64,000 bases of DNA from Burkholderiales bacterium (lineage in GTDB: Bacteria > Pseudomonadota > Gammaproteobacteria > Burkholderiales > Burkholderiaceae_C). Position numbers and translations under genes: made by a program. The first letter of the stretch is position 1. Every line of letters starts with the position of its first letter. Positions 35,400-44,320 of this stretch are shown here, in pieces. The notes under the pieces are model-generated. The model worked only from the letters and a program-made list of their open reading frames with translations, was not told the DNA's origin and searched no databases. The stretch spans positions 2,189 through 66,188 of the forward strand of contig JBBQAW010000001.1 in NCBI GenBank assembly GCA_038316815.1, given 5' to 3'.

Positions 35400-37622
35400 A
35401 TGAGTGCCGTCTTGAGCCGACCCGCGAGTGCCCCTGCCGATCTGCTGGCCGGCGCCGTCAATGCCTTGACCGCCCTGGTCGCGGTCCTGTCACTGGGCAT
35501 CGTGGCCACCGCTACTTTGGGGCCGGCCGCGATTCAGATGGGCATCAAGGCCGCCCTGGTGGCTGTCATCGCCGGCGGTCTGGTCTATGCCTTCAGCGGC
35601 TCAACCGCATCGCCGGCTGGTATGCCGAGTTCGGCGACGACGGTGATCTTTGCCGCTTTGGCAGCACAGGTAGGCCGCGACCCGCAAGTCGACTTGGCCA
35701 GTGTTCAGGGGCTGCTGTCATTGGCCGCCGTGCTGGGCAGCGCGGTGGTGCTGATGGGTCTGCTGCAAGTCGGATTCGGCGTGGCCGGCCTGGGCCGCCT
35801 GGCGCGGTTCGTGCCGCAGCCGGTACTGGCGGGGTTCATGAGCGGCATCGTGTTGCTGATCTTGTTCGCGCAGTTGCGACCCTTGCTGGGCCTGCCACTG
35901 ACGAGCGAACTGACCGACCCCAGAACGCTGATGCAGATTCAGCCCCTGGCCTTGCTGATCGGCGTGACGGCTGCCGCTGCGGTCTGGTTGCTGGGCCCGA
36001 GATGTCGCGCCATACCCGCGCCGCTGCTGGGCCTGGCTGTGGGCATTGGCCTGTATGCCGCGCTGTACAGGCTGATGCCCGGCGCCCGCCTCGGCAGCAT
36101 GGTGGGCGCCTTGCCGCAGGGCTGGGTCATGCCCGATGCGCTGCTGCCGCTGGGCAACGCCACGACACGCGACTTGTGGCAGCGGCATGGCTCTGTGGTC
36201 TTGCTGACGGCCGCCGCGCTGGCGTTCATCGGCTCGCTGGAATCCATCTTCTCGGCCATGGCGGTGGACCAGGCGACGGGCGGCAAGCACGACAGCCGGC
36301 GTGAACTGATGGCCCTGGGCGCTGCCAACGTGGCGAGCGGCTTGTGCGGCGGCATACCCCTGTCCATGGGGCGCGCGCGTGCCTTGCAGCTGATTGACAG
36401 TGGCGCCCCCGGCCGGCGCCCGGCTGTCGTCGCCGCCTTGAGCTTTGCGCTGATGTATGCCGTGGGCGGACCGCTGCTGGCGCTTCTGCCCAAGGCTGCG
36501 CTGGCCGGCGTGATGGTGACGATCGCCATCTCGCTGAGCGACCGGTGGACACGCCAGTTGTTGCGCCAGTGGCGGGCCGGCGAACGGTCGCCAGAAGTGC
36601 GGCTGAGCCTGGCGGTGGTGGCGGTTGTCTGCGCGGTGACGGTGGCCGGCGGCTTCTTCGCGGGTCTGACTGTGGGCGTGCTGCTGTCGATGCTGGTTTT
36701 CATGCGCAGCCTCAACCGCTCTCTGCTGCGCGACCGCTACAGCGCCGACCAGCGCCCGTCGCGGCGCATCTATCGGCCCGAGCAGGAAGCCGTGCTGCGC
36801 GGCGCGCGCCGCCGCGTCATCGTTTTCGAGCTCGAGGGCGCGCTGTTCTTCGGCAGCACCGCCCGGCTGACCAGCGAATGCGAAACGCTGACCAGCGACT
36901 GCCGCTGCCTGGTGCTGGACCTGCGCCGTGTGAGCACCATCGACGAGTCTGGCGCCATGGCGCTGCAGCAGTTGTCGAACGACCTGGAACGGCGTGGCGT
37001 GGCCATGCTCCTGGCGGGCGTGGTGGCGGGCAACCGGCATGGTCAGCGCCTACGGGACTTCGGCTGCTTTCGCAGCCCAGCCGGTGGCGATTCACACCCT
37101 GACTGGAACTTGGACACCGACCGCGCCACAGAGGCCGCGGAAAAGCTGTTGCTGGCCGCTGCTGGAACGAGCGAAGCGCAGGCCAGCGTGCCGCTGGCCG
37201 AGACCGCGCTGCTGAACGGCCTGGACCCCGAGCAGTGCGCACAAGTTCTGGCGGTTTTGCATGAAAAGCGCCTGGGCGCGGGTGAGCTGCTGTTCCGGGA
37301 GGGAGACGCCGGCAACGCGCTTTACGTGCTGACCGAAGGCTTGATCTCGATCGTTGCCGCAGGCTCGTCGCAGCGCCAGCGTTTCCTGACGGTCCCGCCG
37401 GGCATGATGTTCGGTGAGACGGCCATGCTGGACGGCAGCGGCCGAACGGCAGCGGCTGTTGCCGACCGTGCGTCGGTGGTGCACAGGCTGGACAAGGCGG
37501 CGCTCGAGAGCTTGTCTGCCAACGACCCGAAGCTCGGTCAGCGCCTGGCGCTGAACATTGCAATTCACCTGGCCGAGAGGCTGCGAGGTGCATCGACGGC
37601 GTGGCGCGCTAGTTCAGGGTGA
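35400..37622 (+). CDS. SulP/SLC26 transporter with STAS and C-terminal cyclic-nucleotide-binding domain
   Basis: RFVPQPVLAGFMSG, RELMALGAAN, STAS LEGALFFGS...IDESGA, and cNMP domain LFREGDAGNALYVL...FGETAMLDGSGRTA. Confidence 0.85.
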   Translation: MSAVLSRPASAPADLLAGAVNALTALVAVLSLGIVATATLGPAAIQMGIKAALVAVIAGGLVYAFSGSTASPAGMPSSATTVIFAALAAQVGRDPQVDLASVQGLLSLAAVLGSAVVLMGLLQVGFGVAGLGRLARFVPQPVLAGFMSGIVLLILFAQLRPLLGLPLTSELTDPRTLMQIQPLALLIGVTAAAAVWLLGPRCRAIPAPLLGLAVGIGLYAALYRLMPGARLGSMVGALPQGWVMPDALLPLGNATTRDLWQRHGSVVLLTAAALAFIGSLESIFSAMAVDQATGGKHDSRRELMALGAANVASGLCGGIPLSMGRARALQLIDSGAPGRRPAVVAALSFALMYAVGGPLLALLPKAALAGVMVTIAISLSDRWTRQLLRQWRAGERSPEVRLSLAVVAVVCAVTVAGGFFAGLTVGVLLSMLVFMRSLNRSLLRDRYSADQRPSRRIYRPEQEAVLRGARRRVIVFELEGALFFGSTARLTSECETLTSDCRCLVLDLRRVSTIDESGAMALQQLSNDLERRGVAMLLAGVVAGNRHGQRLRDFGCFRSPAGGDSHPDWNLDTDRATEAAEKLLLAAAGTSEAQASVPLAETALLNGLDPEQCAQVLAVLHEKRLGAGELLFREGDAGNALYVLTEGLISIVAAGSSQRQRFLTVPPGMMFGETAMLDGSGRTAAAVADRASVVHRLDKAALESLSANDPKLGQRLALNIAIHLAERLRGASTAWRASSG

Positions 37623-37700
37623 GTGCAGGGTGAGTGCAGGGTGAATCCCGGGTTAGTGCCGCGTGAATCCCGGCTAAGAGCAGAGTGTTTGCGGGATGAG
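37611..37700. repeat. Degenerate 11-bp tandem array (AGTGCAGGGTG, about 8 units)
   Basis: Read directly; begins inside the last codons of the SulP gene. Confidence 0.7.
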
Positions 37701-38210
37701 CGGTATCAGGCCAGGGTTGCGAAGCATGGCGATCAAGGCCTTGCAAGGCGCGCCACGGCTCATAGCCGCCGTGTCGTCTGTGCGGGTGCTGCTGCTGCTG
37801 CTGCTACCGCTGCCGCTGCCGGACTCTGACTGCTGCGCAGACATGGCGCTGCCCACCGGGCGGCGGCTGACACGGGAAGCGCGGCGCGCGGGTGTCCAGC
37901 CGCTAGGCTGGCGTGCCACACGCTGGGCCAGCGTGGGCTCCGCAGGCTGGGTGTTCGGCTTACGTTGGAAGGCCTGGTTCAGCCGCAACAGGTTGACCGG
38001 CAGCAGTGCCAGGTGCAGCGCCAACACCGGCAGCAAATGGGCAGCGTGCCGTAGGCGATGAAGGCGGCGTTGTCGGCCAGTACCAGCAGGCGCAGCCGGC
38101 GCGTGTCGGCGCATGTCGGCGTTGAAGAATGTCAGCAGCGTCAGCAGCGTCAGCAGTGCCGCAGACCAGCCCAGGGCTTCAGGCCTCAAAACTTTTTGCA
38201 GGATGTCCAT
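37674..38210 (-). pseudogene. Small inner-membrane protein with an internal compensated frameshift
   Basis: Hydrophobic start and LLPVLALHLALLPVNLLRL are in the ORF frame, while the expected middle helix RRLRLLVLADNAAFIAYG is in another frame. Confidence 0.55.
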
Positions 38211-38219
38211 GGCGCCGGC

Positions 38220-38333
38220 TCAAGACTGTTGCGCGGCGGTCGGCAGCGCGGCTGTGGCCGGCGCAGGGCCGGCCCCGACCAGCGCGGTGATCGAGAGGGT
38301 GACGGAGACGATGCGGGTGGTACGTTGCGACAT
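38220..38333 (-). CDS. Possible small signal-peptide-like protein (37 aa)
   Basis: MSQRTTRIVSVTLSITALVGAG... with a purine-rich RBS-like stretch upstream; weak. Confidence 0.25.
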   Translation of the reverse strand: MSQRTTRIVSVTLSITALVGAGPAPATAALPTAAQQS

Positions 38334-38649
38334 GCTGGGCTCTCTTCGAACGGCCAGCGGTGGCTGACCGATGAAGGGCATGTTCGCGGCGACAGTCGCG
38401 CTTCGCGCACCGCTGTTCAATAGTGACCGGCGGGCCGTGGCGTCGTCGTGGTGTCCCCCACATAGCTGCGCCCGCCGGCGCGAGTGAGCTTGATGAACAT
38501 GGGCGAATATCGCGTATCGGCGCAAGCCTTGCCATCGCCTGTAACTCACCATCTTGCCGCTATACAACTTCCGCGGCCTCGATGCCAAGTTGTCGATTCC
38601 GTTGGACTTCAGCCGTGGCTGAGGCGCAATTCCAGCACTTTGTGTCGAA

Positions 38650-39345
38650 TCCGGGAGTTCAGGGTAGATCAGCGCGATGGCGGTGGCGCTGCCGGTGGTT
38701 GGTGGGCGCCAGGCTCAACATGGCGCTGCGGGCGCGGCGCAGGTCTTTGTGCGGCGCGTCAACCACCGGGCTGGTGTTCGTCGCGTCGTGGATGGTGGTG
38801 ATCTGGCCGTGTCGGAAGCCCAGCGCTTCATGCACCACTTTCACCACAGCGCGAGGCAATGGGTGGTGCATGAAGCAGCCATCGCGATACGGTGGCGTGC
38901 CGGTTGGTACAGGTACTCGTTCACGCCCACGATGTTCATTCAGCACCTCGCCCACCTTGACCGGCGAAGCCACGATCGCGCGCTTGGCGCCGCGGCCCAG
39001 GTGGCCTTGCGGCGTCTCGGGCGTCAGGAACTTGCCGGTGCATTCCAGCACCACCTCCACGCCCAGATCGACCCAGGAAACATCCACCGGGCTGGAAACG
39101 AAGAAAGTTGAGCAAATGCTCGTCGATGTGAATCGCGCTGTCGCCATCGGCTGCAATCCGGCTGCGCCAGCAGCCCCTGCACGCTGTCGGATTCAAGCAA
39201 GTGCGCCGTCGCTGCGACACCGCCTTTCAGCTCGTTCAGGTGCACCACTTCCAGCCTGTTGCCCGCCCGCGGGTCGTCGGCTGGGCGCTGTGCCGGCCCC
39301 CAGGGCCGCGCGCAGGGCCAGTCGCCCGTTGCCCCCTTCTACGAC
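38650..39345 (-). pseudogene. Fragmented glyceraldehyde-3-phosphate dehydrogenase, resembling the ArsJ-associated type
   Basis: Pieces in different frames: [87 protein letters not shown] and IALIYPEL; C-terminus missing. Confidence 0.8.
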
Positions 39346-39436
39346 AACAACGCTATTTCTATGAATGCAGAACTGGTTGATCACAAAAGGATGGCAAGCT
39401 GTACCTCCGCGTCATCGGCCCACGCCCGAAGCAGCG

Positions 39437-40153
39437 TCAGGTAGCCTCGATGGGCGGCAGCAGCCTGTCGTATTCCTTCTTCACCACCGCATAGCACTCG
39501 CAAGTGCGCGCTTCGAGGCCGGGCCGGTCCAGCGCGGTGATGTGCCCGCGCGAATACTTGATCAGGCCCGCCTTCTGCAGCTTCAGCGCCGCCTCGGTCA
39601 CGCCTTCGCGGCGTACGCCCAGCATGTTGGCAATCAGTTCCTGCGTCATGTTCAGCTCAAGGCCATCGAGCCTGTCCAGGCTTAGCAGCAACCAGCGGCA
39701 CAACTGCTGGTCCAGCGTATGGTGGCGGTTGCAAACAGCGGTCTGGGCCATCTGCGTGATCAGCGCCTGTGTGTACCGCAATAGCAGGTGCAGCACCGGG
39801 CCCGATCGGTTGAACTCTTCTTTCATGGCCGCCGCACGCAGCCGAAAGCCATGACCCGCACTCTGCACGACAGCACGGCTGGGCGTCGATTCGCCACCCA
39901 TGAACAAGGAAACGCCGACCAAGCCCTCGTTGCCGACTACGGCAATTTCGGCCGATGCACCGTCTTCCATCACGTACAGCAGGGAGACGATGGCCGTGGT
40001 GGGGAAGTAGACGTGATTCAGCGTCACCCCCGATTCGTAGATCACGCGCCCCAGAGGCAGAGGCACCGCTTCCAGCAGGGGTTCCCAGCGCGCCCACTCG
40101 TCCGCGGGTAGCGCGGCGAGCAAGTGATTGGCCTTGGCGTCGGCGGTGGTCAT
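39437..40153 (-). CDS. Crp/Fnr family transcriptional regulator (paralog 1)
   Basis: NHLLAALP, VYFPTTAIVSLLY, VGNEG, QTAVCNRHH..QQLCRWLL and HTH TQELIANMLGVRREGVTEAA. Confidence 0.93.
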   Translation of the reverse strand: MTTADAKANHLLAALPADEWARWEPLLEAVPLPLGRVIYESGVTLNHVYFPTTAIVSLLYVMEDGASAEIAVVGNEGLVGVSLFMGGESTPSRAVVQSAGHGFRLRAAAMKEEFNRSGPVLHLLLRYTQALITQMAQTAVCNRHHTLDQQLCRWLLLSLDRLDGLELNMTQELIANMLGVRREGVTEAALKLQKAGLIKYSRGHITALDRPGLEARTCECYAVVKKEYDRLLPPIEAT

Positions 40154-40247
40154 CGGGGCGGTCTCCGGGTGATGGGGCGAAGGGCACCCCCTGGGTCGGA
40201 GACGAGTTTGACACCATAAACTGACTGTACGTTGCAGCGCAGCATGG

Positions 40248-40269
40248 CTATGTGCGGTAGCGTACATAG
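40248..40269. promoter_or_regulatory. Extended palindrome CTATGTGCG-GTAG-CGTACATAG upstream of Crp/Fnr paralog 1
   Basis: 8 of 9 bp inverted repeat around the TGTnCG-N4-CGnACA core; candidate autoregulatory site. Confidence 0.65.
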
Positions 40270-40346
40270 CGAAAACGGGCACGCGCACTGCCACAGCGCC
40301 TTCGGGTCAGCCCGAGGCAACTCAGGCTGTCACGGCAGGCGCTGCC

Positions 40347-40937
40347 TCAGCCTGAAGCGCGGCGGCCGGCCTGGCGCAGAAACCAATCGCGCTGCTCGGC
40401 CTGGTCGACCCAGGCCTTCAGTTGGCTGGCACCAAGGCTGTCTTGATGCGCCAGACACAATGCCTGCGCATCGCGCAACTGGGCTGCCAAGCTGCTGTTG
40501 TCTTCGCGCAGTTCAGCCAGCGGGTGGGTGGTAGAAGACCCAGAGCCCGTCGTCTCGTCCACGACCAGACGCCTGTCACGAGCGCGCGCTCCGTTCACTT
40601 GCCAGCGAGAAGTCCTGCTTTTCAAGTACTTGCTGAACACTTCAGCCAACGCAGCGTTCATGGTGGACAGGATGTCCATCGAACCCGCAACGCTCCCGTC
40701 CAAGTGTTTGAACACAGGCGCGCTGCGGCCGCGGAACTGTTCTCCACCATGGGCGAACAAGGAAGCTTGAATGACGGTATGCATGGTTGGCCAGTGCGGG
40801 TGGTTGGTGGGCCAGTCAAAGGCGATGGGCCCTTGCATCGGCAGTTCAATACCTATGCTGACGGGCGGCGTCGAAGGCGTCCGTTCGCTGGCGAACACAA
40901 GCGAAATTGGTGTGGCAGCGGCAGGGGTCGGATTCAT
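40347..40937 (-). pseudogene. Degenerate Dps/ferritin-like protein with internal deletion
   Basis: MNAALAEVFSKYLKSRTSRWQVNG..RDRRLVVDE resembles Dps helix A/B with His ligands lost; LAELREDN...WVDQAEQRDWFL resembles the Dps C-terminus; the middle is missing. Confidence 0.6.
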
Positions 40938-40939
40938 TT

Positions 40940-41689
40940 CTAGCCTCCTTCGACAACAGCGACTTTGGCCTGCAATCGCGCATCGCCCCGCTGCAGGTCG
41001 CCCATGGTGTTGGCGTAAGTGCCCAGGTCGGTTTTGTAGCAGGTGCAGGACGCGGCCTCCAGCCCAGCGCGGTCAAGAATCCTCATCTCCCCGCGGTGGT
41101 AATCAATCAGGCCGCGCTTGTGCAAAACACCCGCGGCAGTCGTGACGCCGACCCGGCGCACACCCAGCATCGTGGCCACGAACTCCTGCGTGGCCGCGAA
41201 GTGGTCGGCGTGGGCACGGTCCTGGCTCATCAGCAGCCAACGCGCCAGGCGCGGGCCGATCTCGTGAAACCGCAGGCACGCGGCCAAGGTGGCACGCTGC
41301 ACCATCGCCACATACATGTATCTGCGCACCCGAACCGCCAGTGCCGCGCTGCGCTGCAGTTCCTCGCGAAAGGGCGCGGCCGCCATGCGCCAAGCCGAAC
41401 CTGAGCCGCGCACCAGCAACCGCAGCGGTTGGCGCGAGACGCCCAGTGCCAGGTGCGCGCCGACCATGCCCTCGTCGCCTGCAATGCCGACTTCAAGCCC
41501 GTGGTGCGAGTCGACTCGCGCGATCGAAGAAATGAAGCCGTCGACCGGAAAGTAGACGTGGCTCGTGCGCTGCCCAGGCTCGCCAAGCACCTGTTCCAGC
41601 CGCAACTGGACAGGCTCGCACAAGGCCATCAGTCGGGTGCGATCTGCGGCTGGCAGACAGGCTACAAGTCGGTTGTCGATAGTTGGCAC
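40940..41689 (-). CDS. Crp/Fnr family transcriptional regulator (paralog 2)
   Basis: NRLVACLP, HVYFPVDGFIS, AGDEG, AACLRFH...RLARWLLMSQDR and HTH TQEFVATMLGVRRVGVTTAA. Confidence 0.9.
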   Translation of the reverse strand: MPTIDNRLVACLPAADRTRLMALCEPVQLRLEQVLGEPGQRTSHVYFPVDGFISSIARVDSHHGLEVGIAGDEGMVGAHLALGVSRQPLRLLVRGSGSAWRMAAAPFREELQRSAALAVRVRRYMYVAMVQRATLAACLRFHEIGPRLARWLLMSQDRAHADHFAATQEFVATMLGVRRVGVTTAAGVLHKRGLIDYHRGEMRILDRAGLEAASCTCYKTDLGTYANTMGDLQRGDARLQAKVAVVEGG

Positions 41690-41825
41690 AGCTGGCTCCC
41701 GCGAAGACGTCCGTCACGCGCAACTGGCGGCGACGGATTGGCAAGTTGGATTGAAGGCGGTGCTTGCGCATTGCTGCCAAATCGACACTTCAAGATTCAG
41801 GCTAGCCGCTTGCGCGCCTGTTCAC

Positions 41826-41841
41826 CGTATGCCAGCGCACA
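41826..41841. promoter_or_regulatory. Imperfect box CGTATG-CCAG-CGCACA upstream of Crp/Fnr paralog 2
   Basis: One mismatch to the GTnCG-N4-CGnAC core. Confidence 0.45.
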
Positions 41842-41918
41842 CAACGAAGGCCTGCGAGATTTCCTGAGAGAGGTCCTGAGAGAGGTCCTGAAAGAACAGG
41901 TGAAGCACAAAGCCTCGT

Positions 41919-41934
41919 TGTTCGCTATCGAACA
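41919..41934. promoter_or_regulatory. Perfect palindrome TGTTCG-CTAT-CGAACA upstream of the FMN reductase-like gene
   Basis: Perfect 6-4-6 inverted repeat followed by GAC, about 60 bp before the ATG. Confidence 0.65.
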
Positions 41935-41992
41935 GACATATGCGCTGATCTCGCCGACGCTGCGTTCCTGCCCCGCTCTGGAGGACACCCGC

Positions 41993-42658
41993 ATGAAGTA
42001 CGGCACTTTCAACATCCTCGGCATCGCCGGCAGCGTGAGGCCGCGATCACACAGCCGTGCCTGCCTGCACGCTGCAAGCCAACTGCTGCCGCCAGACGTG
42101 CTGTTGAGCATTTTCGAACTCGATGGTTTTGCCGCCATCCATTCAAGCCGTTCAGCGTCACGCGCATCACCCTGCGTGGCGGAACTGAAACAGCGTGTTC
42201 GGGATGCCGACGCCGTGCTCTTCGCCGTGCCGGAGTATCTGCACGGTCTTCTCAACCTGCTGGACTGCGCCTTGGAACTGGTGGTGCATCCATGGCATGA
42301 GAACCCCTGGGCAGGTAAGCATGCTGCGGTGATCGGCGCCACCGAAGCGCCCAACGGCAGCACCCGCGCGCAATTTCACTTTCATCGCACGCTGCTCGAT
42401 ATGGGCATGCGGCCGGTGGACCAACCCGCCGTGCTGATCTGCGACGCGCGCCATGCCTTCGATCTGGATGGCGGCGCGCTGGACCCGGCCCTGCGCCTGC
42501 AATTACGCGCGCTGCTCCAAAGCCTGGTCGAACAGCAACAGAGCTCGCCCAACGCACAGACGGTGCCTGCTTCGAGGCCTGCAACCAGCCCTCCCGCCGG
42601 GCTGCAACACATCCCTCAGCAACCACGCAACGGGCTACAGGAAAGCAGGACCCTATGA
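41993..42658 (+). CDS. NADPH-dependent FMN reductase (ChrR/YieF-like), divergent
   Basis: ILGIAGSVR..S.S, ADAVLFAVPEY, NPWAGKHAAVIG and RAQFH; GGAGG RBS before ATG 41993. Confidence 0.75.
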   Translation: MKYGTFNILGIAGSVRPRSHSRACLHAASQLLPPDVLLSIFELDGFAAIHSSRSASRASPCVAELKQRVRDADAVLFAVPEYLHGLLNLLDCALELVVHPWHENPWAGKHAAVIGATEAPNGSTRAQFHFHRTLLDMGMRPVDQPAVLICDARHAFDLDGGALDPALRLQLRALLQSLVEQQQSSPNAQTVPASRPATSPPAGLQHIPQQPRNGLQESRTL

Positions 42659-42695
42659 GCCCCTTCCATCGCCCGTCTGCGGGCGCACCAGCAAG

Positions 42696-43682
42696 CTACT
42701 TGATCAACACGTCACCGGCAGTCGGGTCGAAAATCACCTCGACGCGCCGGTTCGTCTGGCGACCTGCAACGGTGGCGTTGTCGCCCACTGGCCGCTCTTC
42801 GCCATAGGACTGCGTGCTCAGCTGGTCTGGCGGCACACCTTGCAACTGCAGCGCCTGCACGACGCTGCGCGCGCGGCGTTCACTGAGGTCCTGGTTCGAA
42901 CCGGCGCTGCCCACGCTGTCTGTGTGGCCCTCGATCGCTGCACGGCGCTGCGGGTTGCGCTTGATGAATTCGGCCAACTTGTCTATGGTGCCGGCGCTGC
43001 TGCCCTTGAGTTCACTTCGCCCCGTATCAAAAAGCATATCGCCCAGCGTCACGACAACGCCTCGGTCGGTCTTGCGGGCATTCATCTCGGCCAGCTGCGC
43101 TTGCAGGTCGCCTACCTCGGCCTCGCGCCGCGCCAGACGCTCCCTATCGGCCTGGGCCTTGGCACCTGCGTCGGCCAGCGCCGCCGCAGCCAGGTCGTTG
43201 CTGCGTTGGGCTGAAGCCAGGTCTTGGCGGGTCACGGCATTGCTTTGCTGCGAGGCCGCCAACTGCTGCTTGGCGGCGTCGGCTTCCTGCGTGCGCAGGG
43301 CCAGACGCATGCGCTCACGCTCGCTGCCTGCACTGGCTGTCACGGCCTGTGCGGCGCGGCTGTTAGCGCTGTCCTGCGCCAGGCTCGCGCGCTGGCTGGC
43401 CAGGTAGGCCAGATGGTCGACGGAGGCCACCGGCTCGCGGCTCGCCTGTGCCTGCTCGGCCACGCGCAGCGCTTCAGTGGCGCGCTTCAGCTCATCGGGC
43501 GCAAAGCGCATGACGGCGTCCTGGCTCTGCACGGCCTGGTGGCGGGTGCGGGCCTGATCGAGGGCGGCGTTGCGTTCAGGCACGCTGCTACAAGCGGCCA
43601 GGGCAGCGATGGCGGACAGCGCAACAGCACTGCGCGCCCAACGTTGGTGGGCAGGTTGAAGCGTTTTGTTGATTGTGTACAT
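42696..43682 (-). CDS. OmpA family lipoprotein with DUF4398-like N-terminal region and coiled coil
   Basis: Lipobox LAAC, TDRGVVVTLGDMLFDTG, IEGHTDSVGS...NQDLSERRA and NRRVEV. Confidence 0.9.
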   Translation of the reverse strand: MYTINKTLQPAHQRWARSAVALSAIAALAACSSVPERNAALDQARTRHQAVQSQDAVMRFAPDELKRATEALRVAEQAQASREPVASVDHLAYLASQRASLAQDSANSRAAQAVTASAGSERERMRLALRTQEADAAKQQLAASQQSNAVTRQDLASAQRSNDLAAAALADAGAKAQADRERLARREAEVGDLQAQLAEMNARKTDRGVVVTLGDMLFDTGRSELKGSSAGTIDKLAEFIKRNPQRRAAIEGHTDSVGSAGSNQDLSERRARSVVQALQLQGVPPDQLSTQSYGEERPVGDNATVAGRQTNRRVEVIFDPTAGDVLIK

Positions 43683-43703
43683 CGGTTGCTTTCGGTGGAG
43701 ACT

Positions 43704-44093
43704 TCAGCGAGGTGTCTTGCGGGAGATTTCTTCGCGCAAGACACGAGCAGCTTCTTCGGTTTCGCGTGCGGCTGTGGAAGACCGTACTGACTGGGCGCGC
43801 ATCTCGGCTACTTCGGCGTCAACGGTGGCTTCCAAGGCCAGTTGTCTGGCGCGTTCTGACTGGCCAGCGGCCATGGCGCTGCGCGCGCTGGCCAGCTTGG
43901 CGGCGGCTGTTGCCAATTCGCCTGGCGCTGCGCTGCTGGTGCCAGTGCTGCTGGCGCGTTGCAAGGCGGCCTCAGCCACTGCCATTTCCTGCAGCGGCGG
44001 GGGCGTGCTCGCACAGCCGCTTAGCAACAGCACGACTACGGCCAGTGACAGCACGCTAGGCGTGCCCGGGTGAATAAAGGGAAAGAGTTTCAA
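43704..44093 (-). CDS. DUF4398 domain lipoprotein
   Basis: AGGAG RBS and TTG start, lipobox LSGC, AEAALQRA...APGEL..A..KL..AR.AM and A.VDAEVAE. The longer track ORF to 45062 is over-extended. Confidence 0.8.
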   Translation of the reverse strand: MKLFPFIHPGTPSVLSLAVVVLLLSGCASTPPPLQEMAVAEAALQRASSTGTSSAAPGELATAAAKLASARSAMAAGQSERARQLALEATVDAEVAEMRAQSVRSSTAARETEEAARVLREEISRKTPR

Positions 44094-44103
44094 GGCAGGC
44101 TCC

Positions 44104-44200
44104 TGAGTATTGAATTCGTTGACTGAAGTGAGTTGATTGAATGAGTTGATTGAATGACTTGAAATCATTGAATTCAGTGAATAAGTTGAATCCGATGAGT
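44104..44200. repeat. AT-rich degenerate repeats including TGAGTTGATTGAA x2 (13 bp)
   Basis: Exact copies at 44129-44141 and 44142-44154, with TGAA-rich variants around them. Confidence 0.6.
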
Positions 44201-44320
44201 AAGCTATTTCGACAATCTGCGAATGGACTTGTACTCGCGTCTGCCGTGCAAAAGGGTTTTCTGAAGGCCCTTCTTGCGACACATCAATTTTGATTTTGGC
44301 ATCCGGTGATACCAGCTGTC

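Noticed and set aside
40226-40243. Additional Crp-type box near TGTACGTTGCAGCGCAGC (and a half-site near 53765)
   Set aside because: Only one good half-site or wrong spacing, so not counted.
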